Below the pieces are notes generated by a model. It worked only from the letters and a program-made list of their open reading frames with translations, was not told the origin of the DNA and ran no database searches. 64,000 nucleotides of DNA, from assembly GCA_030390025.1 (NCBI GenBank), contig CM059433.1, forward strand, positions 26,228,001 through 26,292,000. The letters run 5' to 3'. The position numbers and the translations under genes are program-made. The DNA is from Squalus acanthias (lineage: Eukaryota). How positions within the stretch are numbered: the stretch's first letter is position 1; each line of letters starts with the position of its first letter. Shown piece by piece: positions 61,247-64,000 of this stretch.

Positions 61247-62029
61247 GGGGGAAAAATTGGGTGCCCCTTTAAATACCGCTGCCGTGGCTGCACAAACGCC
61301 ACCCTGACCCTGTCGGACATAGGGGTGCTAGCGGGAAGCGCAAAGCCCTAGCGCCCGGGCAGGGCGCCACTAACGCCTCCCGCGAAATTCAGCGGGAGGT
61401 TAGCGGCGGCAGTAGCCGGTAGTGCCCCGCAGTGCTGCGCCTCCCGCGATGACATCATCGCAGTGCGCAGCGCCCCTCTCGCGCCCCGGCCGCAAACTTC
61501 GGCTGCGCCCCCTGACCGATCACCGGACAATATGTCCAACAGGGTCAGGGGGGCGTTTGTGCAGCCTCGGCAGCGGTATTTAAAGGGGCAGGTGTCGGGC
61601 GGCCATTTTATTTTTGGTCGACTGCCAGCACTTGCCCCCTTCCCCTCTTTCATTTTGGGTGCCGGCCGCGATCGCTCAGCCTGGCACTCCTCTTGTGTGC
61701 CGGGCTGTTTTCCCGGCACCCCGCTCCCTGGTGGTCCAGCAGGGCCCCAGTGCACACAGCGCTAGGCCCCTCCCCTTTAATCAGGGGAGGGAAGCCTGCA
61801 ATACCGTGGCGCTATGTGCCGACGCGCGTGGCGCTGTTGCATGTAGCGCCGCGATATTCAGTGGTAGCGCCCCAGGAAGGAGAGGGAGCGCATCCAGTAG
61901 CACTCCGCCTTCTGCTTCGGGCGCTGCCACTGAATATACGGTGTAGGGGTGCTAACATTTTCAGGGCGCTAAAAGCAGCGACCTGGCAAAGTTAGCGCCC
62001 CAAAGGGGGCGCCACCGAATTTTTCCCCC
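61247..62029. mobile_element. Non-autonomous Harbinger MITE; TSD CTT
   Basis: CTT|GGGGGAAAAATTGG ... CCGAATTTTTCCCCC|CTT. Confidence 0.9.
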
Positions 62030-62042
62030 CTTATATTTTAAA

Positions 62043-62238
62043 GGGCCGATTTCACAACCGAGTTCTCCTAACGTAGAACAACACTCGCAGGGAGCACGAG
62101 CCAGGAAATTGCAGACCTACATTGCCTCATTTTACATCCATTTACATTAATGGATGCAAAATCAGACCCTGTGGGTTCACAATTTCCTGCCAGTGTCAAC
62201 TATGAATGTCGGGAACACCTAACTGTGGAATCCAACCT
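62043..62238. mobile_element. Short fold-back MITE
   Basis: gggccgatttcacaacc..gttctcc / ggaacacctaactgtggaatccaacc, with an internal ggaaattg / caatttcc inverted pair. Confidence 0.45.
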
Positions 62239-62314
62239 CAAAATGTCGGATGACACATGCGGAAAAAGAGAACCGTACTGAACGAACAGAAAGAATAACT
62301 GACTTAAGATACAG

Positions 62315-62962
62315 GCAGATAAATTCGGGAGCGCCCATTTTCATTGCTAACACCAAGCACACAAATGAGGAGGTGCAACAAGCCCAGGATACCGGGCCTC
62401 AGACCTCATTATAATAAGGACGGCATGGGTTATACTTTGTATCAGGGCCTCAGACAAGGATCGGGGGACGGGTGATGGAGTCCGAGCCTCAGAAGAGGGA
62501 TCGGGGTTCGGGAGATGGAGTCGGGGCCTCGGACAAGGATCGGGGGTCGGTTGATGGCGACGGGGCTTTGGAAGTGAGATCGTGGGTTGGGGGGGGCCTG
62601 GATCTCGGGACCGGGAGTGGGGGCGATCAGGGTGGCAATGGTAAGTACTTACCTTTTTTTATTTAGGGGAAGTTTAAAGTTGGTTTTCCATGAGGCAGCC
62701 AGCGCTGGGGCAGGCCGCCTCAGGGCAAGCCAAAGTTGCAGCAGGGGCTTGAAGTAGGCGTTAGGCCCCTTATTTGCATATGCAAATTACCTAATGCCTG
62801 CTTCCGGCGTGGGTAAAGGACGGCACTTGTTTGTCCTTACCCAATATGGCGGGTGGCGCACTTCCAGTTAGAAGTGTGCACACGCTTGCTGCCCACCATT
62901 TTGGTGTCTTAGGAGGCCGCATAGCGCCTGAGAAACGGGCGCTATGTGGCCCAATTTAACCC
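62315..62962. mobile_element. Probable non-autonomous Harbinger-type element
   Basis: gataaattcggg ... cccaatttaaccc termini around a GC-rich body. Confidence 0.45.
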
Positions 62963-63422
62963 TCTAATAATTTCTACAGATGTGGAAAGAGCACATGTTC
63001 CTAAGTATAAGACACTGCTAAGATATATAAAGGCCATTAGAGGAAGGGGCGAGTAAAATTAAATGCTTTAGGACTTAAGGATATAGGAGGCAACTGAAAG
63101 GGGCAGAACAAAGCCTCTAAACGTGTAAGATTTGCTGGAGAAGCAGAATAGCAGTAAATTACTGGACTCTGTTGTATTTGAACAACTTTACTGGCGTTTC
63201 TGAAGATTATCCCTTACTGCGATTATTGTAAATAAAATGTCTTAAGTCTCTCCTAAATTCTTGCTGTGGACATTGCTAACAGTGATGGACTACCTATAAT
63301 AATTTGTACACCAGTAAGGCGCATTCTGACAAGTTTCTATCCAAATCATTTACATCTCCTCAAATATAGTTGTTTATGAGAGAAGTTTCCATAAGCACTA
63401 CAATACTAGCTGTATAGCTTAC

Positions 63423-63486
63423 CTCTGCAACCTTAGCTGGTGCAATGCTTCCTTCGTAAGGGCATCCGATTGCACAGGACACATAC
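63423..63486 (-). CDS. HMGCLL1: HMG-CoA lyase-like 1 coding exon (64 bp; equivalent to HMGCL exon 6)
   Basis: (G)[21 protein letters not shown] between an ...aacaacag acceptor and a gtaagc donor; splices in frame to 54668. Confidence 0.9.
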
Positions 63487-63684
63487 CTGTTGTTTGAACA
63501 ATAAAAAAAAGTTTTGTTTTGCTTCTATTATTGCTACAACCTTATTAATTGCCACTGGAAAAATAATGATCTATTGTAAAAAATCAAAGCAGAAATCATT
63601 GTAAATCTAAGTATGGGATTAGTAATTCTTTGACATACTTTATAAACGTACTAAGTTCCTTTGCTGGAACTTATAAACTCTGAC

Positions 63685-64000
63685 TAGTATTTATATAGCG
63701 CCTTTCATGACCAGCGGACGTCCCAAAGCACTTTACAGCCAATGCAGTACTTTTGAAGTGGAATCACTGTTGTAATGTGGGAAATGCAGCAGCCAATTTG
63801 CGCACAGGAAACTCCCACAGACAACAATGTGAAAATGCCCAGATAATCTGTTTTTGTTATGTTGGTTGAGGGAGAAACATTGGCCAGGACACCAGGGATA
63901 ACTCCCCTACTCTTCTTCAAAATAGTGCCATGGGATCTTTTACGTCCACCTGAGAGAGCAGACGGGGCCTCAGTTTAACGTCTCATCTGAAAGACGGTAC
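63685..64000 (-). mobile_element. Deu-domain SINE (head outside window)
   Basis: Reverse complement of the 3' two-thirds of 41559-41958. Confidence 0.75.

Overview
Vertebrate genomic DNA, most likely a cartilaginous fish (shark-type SINE/LINE/Penelope repertoire; inferred, not proven). The only host gene I can support is an HMG-CoA lyase family gene on the minus strand, most likely HMGCLL1. It is represented by two coding exons (63423-63486, 64 bp; 54480-54668, 189 bp). I could not find the next exon, so positions 1-54479 appear to be one very large intron. That intron is packed with transposons and dominated by PIF/Harbinger elements of many ages. One element (1-2930) looks young, with an uninterrupted 386-aa transposase and a convergent accessory-protein exon. 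There are about five more decayed two-gene elements and more than ten non-autonomous MITE derivatives. CR1, L2 and CR1-Zenon-like LINEs, Deu-domain tRNA-derived SINEs, a young Tigger-type MITE and Penelope-like elements with minimal hammerhead ribozymes fill much of the rest. The most interesting signals are: (i) a conserved, ordered short-motif cassette (AGPS / RGRP / PSTS-ASTS / RRSxR / basic tail) at the C-terminus of the Harbinger accessory proteins across divergent families; (ii) hammerhead ribozymes in Penelope termini, including a palindromic mini-element; (iii) Harbinger MITEs retaining inward-facing TATA boxes or consensus 5' splice sites; (iv) repeated Harbinger insertions into CR1 3' tails. 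All calls were made by eye without database searches, and the boundaries of decayed elements are approximate.
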